Shown in pieces: positions 60,001 to 64,000 of a stretch of 64,000 nt of DNA (the stretch's first letter is position 1; each line of letters starts with the position of its first letter). Below the pieces are notes generated by a model. It was given only the letters and a program-made list of their open reading frames with translations, was not told where the DNA came from and made no database searches. Position numbers and translations under genes: made by a program. The DNA comes from Lepidodermella squamata. Its lineage: Eukaryota; Animalia; Gastrotricha. The stretch is taken from assembly GCA_047495785.1 (NCBI GenBank), contig JBLDXI010000007.1, positions 3,782,001 to 3,846,000 of the forward strand, read 5' to 3'.

Positions 60001-63000
60001 ATAAAGTTTAATTTTAATTTTCAAATTTTCCAAATTGTCAATTTCATTTCATTTTGAATTTTTAAATATTATTAACATTTTGAATGCATTTTTAGGTGTG
60101 ATTTCCGTGGCTGGTACGACCGCAAAGCTATCGGCGAGTTCCGCAACATCGTCGACGTTAATTTCGCGTGCGCGATGGGCCCACCCGGGGGCGGCCGCAA
60201 CCCGATCACCCCTCGCCTCATGCGCCACTTCAACTACGTGTCATTCAACGAGCTGTCAGACGGGTCGAAATCACGCGTTTTCGGCACAATCGCCGCGTCG
60301 TGGCTGGCTCAGTCTCGCGATCTAGTCGGCTATTGCGACCAATTGGTAGCGACTACAATAGCTGTTTACAACACAATCACGTCGCAATTGTTGCCTACGC
60401 CATCGAAATCGCACTATACGTTCAATTTGCGCGATTTGTCCAAGGTTTTCCAGGGCATTTTGATGTTCCAAGCTCAGTCCTTACAATCGAAATCTGAGCT
60501 GTTGAAGCTGTGGTGGCACGAAAATTGCAGGGTTTTCCAAGATCGCTTGGTCAACGATGATGATCGGCTGTGGTTCGAAAATTTGCTGGACACCCGGTTG
60601 CAGCAAGATTTTACGACGTCTAAGGGCGATATTATCACATTGGAGCCGTTGATTTATGCGGATATTATGCGGCAAGGCGGGGCGGAGTCGAAAATCTACG
60701 AGGAGGTTTCCGATTTCGAGAAAATGAATCGCATCATCGCCGAAGCGCTTGAAGAATACAATCAGGTAACAAAAATGAATGCGCTTTTTAATTCAATTTT
60801 AATTCTATAGATTCAAAAGCAGTAGGAATGGGGACTTGAAAATCAGGAAACATGCCATGGAAATTTGCATATTTTTAATTTTTAATTTTTAATTTTTTTA
60901 ACTTTTTTAAAATTTTAAAATTTAAATTTAAATTTTAAATTGAATTAAAAAAATGTGACCAACAAAAATAATTGCGAAATTGCCTGGATTCTTCACAAAT
61001 TTTCCACATAATATGGATTTTTGAAGAGAATAATAACTAATTTCTATTTTATTCATTTTTTTAGATCAACCCTGCGCATTTGAACCTGGTCATGTTCGTC
61101 GACGCCGTGCGTCATTTGTGCCGAATCGGCCGCATCCTACGCCAGCCACTCGGCAACGCGCTGCTGCTCGGCATCGGCGGTTCGGGCCGGCAGTCGCTGA
61201 CGAAACTCGCGTCGCACATGACCGAGTACGACTGTTTCCAGATCGAACTGTCGAAAACGTACGGCATGACGGACTGGCGCAATGACCTGAAAAAAGTCAT
61301 GCTGAAAGCCGGCCTCGACAACGTCTCTACAGTTTTCCTATTCGCTGATACGCAGATTAAGGAAGAGACATTCCTCGAAGATTTGAACAACGTGTTGAAC
61401 GCGGGTGATGTGCCGAATATTTACTCGCTCGACGAGTTGGATAAAATCTACACGGCGATGAAGCCGGTCGTGCAAGAGGCCGGTCTCCAGCCGACTAAAA
61501 CCAATTTATTTTCGACGTACACGAAACGCGTTCGGTCGAATTTGCACACCGTCATAACGATGAGTCCGATTGGTGAGGTTTTCAGGGCGAGGCTGAGGCA
61601 GTTCCCGGCCTTGGTTAACTGCTGTACGATTGATTGGTTCAGCGAGTGGCCGAAGGACGCGTTGTTGGCTGTGGCGAGGGACTTTTTGTCGCAGTCGACC
61701 GAGTTGAACATCGAGGGCGATTTGAAGGAGGCTGTCGTCGAAATGTGTGAGCACATGCACACTGTCGCGTCTCATGTGAGAATTTTTCCATTTTTATGAT
61801 ATTTCTTAATTATTTAATTTTAAGTTTTGAATTTGAAATTTGAAATTTTGAAATTCAATTTTTTTAATTTTTTAATAGGTAATTTTAATCGGACCTCTAT
61901 CGATATTAAAAAATTGATTAAATTTTTTTTTTAATGATTGTTTATTTATCAAAAAATGTTCGTATAATTAAATTATTCAAATTTTAATTGAAATGAACCA
62001 AAGTTGAATTAATTCGAAAATTCAATCAATTGAAATTACTTGACATTTTTAATTTTTAGACCACCCTGAAATACAAGGCTGAAATGAATCGAAGCAGCTA
62101 CGTTACGCCCACGAGTTACCTTCAACTGCTAAAACTTGTCTCGACGCTGTTGATTGACAAGAAAATCGAGTTGGCATCAGCTCGAGACAGGACAAAAGCC
62201 GGGTTGGAAAAGCTGCTAACAACGGCGGTTGAGGTTGAAAAATTGCAGGGCGAACTCGAGACGATGCGGCCTATGCTGGAGGAAGCCGTCAAGGACGCGT
62301 CGGCTACGATGATTGAAATCGAGCGTGATACAAAGGTCGCGGAGGAGACGAAGGCGATGGTCGGCCTCGAGGAGACCCAGGCGTCGGCGAAAATGGCCGA
62401 GTGCAAGGCGATTGCGGACGACGCGCAGAAAGACCTCGATGAGGCGCTGCCGTTGCTCGACGAGGCTGTTCGCAGCTTGAAGACGCTCAACAAGAACGAC
62501 ATTGTTGAAGTCCGTGCCCTGCAAAAACCGCCCGAGGGTGTCAAGGTATAATAGAGACTTTGTTTCGACTTGACGAACTAATTTGAAATTTCATAAGTGA
62601 AAAATGTAAAAATTCTGAAATTAAGATTTTTCAACAATTTTAAAAGTATTATTGAAATTACAAAAATTTAGAAAATTTCTTGAATCTTGTAAAGCTTCAA
62701 AATGTGATCTTGAGTTTTCACAGTCGAGCAACAGAGCGAGAAACAACCATTTTTCTATTTATAGATTTTATGAGGAAAGTACGTTCGAAATTAGGAAAAA
62801 ATCGGTGTTCAAAAGGCCTAACGTACTTCACCATTACGTTAGGCGACTAAGAGTACGATCGAATGAGTCATCTACGTGGTTGTTTTGGCGCGTCGTTAAC
62901 GATATGGCATTCCCATGGATTTTTTCGGGTTTTCTTTTATTCAAACTTCGAATTTTAAAACATTGAAAAGTAGCCTTGGAATTGTAATATCTGACTAAAG

Positions 63001-63804
63001 TTTATCAAAAGCTGTACCGTAAGTGGCCGGGAAAACAGTTTTCTAAAAGCTTGGAAATCTTTGGAGTTAATATCTGTCTATCGGTAGAATGTTTTGGATG
63101 TGCGCCCAAATTGCCTATGACAGAAGTGAAAATAGCAACCAATGTGGCGGAAACCCACGCCGAAGAAGATAGCTGCATGAAGCCCATCTTCAAAATCCGA
63201 AAGAAATTCGTTTAGGAAGTCGGCTCGGCTTTTGACGGCAAGAGCGTTATGATAATTGCTGACCTTTTGTCCCATCTTTGAGTGGGGTTCGAAAAAATTT
63301 AGAACTTATGAAATTTGTTGAATTTAAAATTGAAAGTTATATCTATGCTAATTTGTAATTTCTTGTTAATTTCAGGTCGTACTCGAAGCCGTTTGCATTA
63401 TGAAGAGCGTGAAGCCGAAAAAGGTTGCCGGCGACAAGCCAGGGTCGAAAATCGACGACTACTGGGAGCCGGGTAAAGCCCTGCTGCAAGACCCTGCCAA
63501 ATTCCTGCAGTCACTCTACGACTACGACAAGGACAACATCCCCGAGTCGGCCATCATCCAAATCCAGCCGTACATTGACAACGAAAATTTCCAGCCGGCC
63601 GCCATTGCGAAAGTGTCGAAAGCGTGCACGTCGATCTGCCAGTGGGTGCGGGCCATGTACAAGTACCATTTCGTGAACAAGGGCGTCGAGCCGAAGCGAC
63701 AGGCGCTGAGGCAGGCGCAGGAGGAACTGCGCGAGAAGCAGCACGTTCTCGACGAGGCCAAATCGCGACTTCGCGCTGTTGAAGAAGGTCTAGCCACCTT
63801 ACAG
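45075..63804 (+). CDS. DNAH1: Axonemal inner-arm dynein heavy chain 1, many exons, continuing beyond the window (tail, linker, AAA1-AAA4, stalk and MTBD visible)
   Basis: DNAH1-type N-terminus (PKVQMPF...PRKVQIER; [14 protein letters not shown]...[11 protein letters not shown]; [11 protein letters not shown]...YNLYVDCMP). [108 protein letters not shown]. The start codon at 45075 is inferred. Confidence 0.95.
52190..52365 (+). mobile_element. Probable 3' end of a LINE/SINE in a DNAH1 intron
   Basis: GC-richer block in an AT-rich intron, ending in AATAAA (52336-52341) and an (ATT)6 tail. Confidence 0.45.
56076..56648 (-). mobile_element. MULE (Mutator-like) transposase fragment bounded by ~82-bp direct repeats, in a DNAH1 intron
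   Basis: SIVILGS...[16 protein letters not shown] (first catalytic D, DGTF). Repeats at 56076-56157 and 56566-56648. Confidence 0.7.
62800..63275 (-). mobile_element. Second MULE transposase fragment, in a DNAH1 intron
   Basis: [11 protein letters not shown]...IGCYFHFCH (second catalytic D plus CxxH motif), with a degenerate RQNNHV motif downstream (~62870-62895). Confidence 0.7.
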
Positions 63805-64000
63805 GTAAAAATTCGAACAATAACTAATGCCTAATTTTTATCCACATTTTTGGAAAAATCGAACTGAAAAACTTCATTGAAGATATTTTTGAGAAATTTT
63901 TTTGGGATGATGGAAAAAGGATGGAATGGAAAAAGTTTGCAAATTGGAATTTGAAATTCAAAAATCGAAAATCGATATAATGTTGAAATTTGAAAATCGA

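Noticed and set aside
56078-63275. The two MULE fragments as halves of one split transposase gene
   Set aside because: On the minus strand the DFE/CxxH part (63 kb) precedes the DGTF part (56 kb), the reverse of MULE order, and several DNAH1 exons lie between them. They are independent insertions.
47325-63820. Many 60-140-aa antisense or alternate-frame ORFs overlapping DNAH1 exons (likewise over the PH gene, COPS3 and the GPCRs)
   Set aside because: Shadow ORFs caused by GC-rich codon usage of the real exons.

Overview
Eukaryotic, intron-containing nuclear DNA from an invertebrate animal with motile cilia or flagella; it encodes axonemal dynein DNAH1, and the species cannot be named from sequence alone. 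There are no prokaryotic systems, CRISPR arrays, rRNA or convincing tRNA. Gene order: an MPRIP/outspread-like tandem-PH plus coiled-coil gene (-, probably running off the left edge); about 9 kb non-coding; TOMM22 (-); an anoctamin (-); a GT7 beta-1,4-GalNAc/Gal-transferase (-); a tightly packed co-oriented trio EXOSC3, ISOC and COPS3 (+); two highly divergent GABA-B-like class C GPCRs (-) flanking an orphan secreted-protein gene (+); a transposon cluster (two MITEs and a 5'-truncated LINE with an open 940-codon frame); then DNAH1 (+, running off the right edge) with MULE and other TE relics in its introns. Best leads: (1) a probable eukaryotic operon or trans-spliced unit, with only 56 nt between the EXOSC3 stop and the ISOC ATG and an unpaired splice acceptor in the gap; (2) an orphan GPCR-secreted protein-GPCR cassette whose receptors lack the GABA-binding residues; (3) a perfect 59-bp-arm palindrome with a hammerhead-like core and a 12-bp flanking duplication; (4) a Gly-to-Ser change in the DNAH1 AAA3 P-loop. 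Exon boundaries were read by eye and family calls come from remembered motifs, not database searches.
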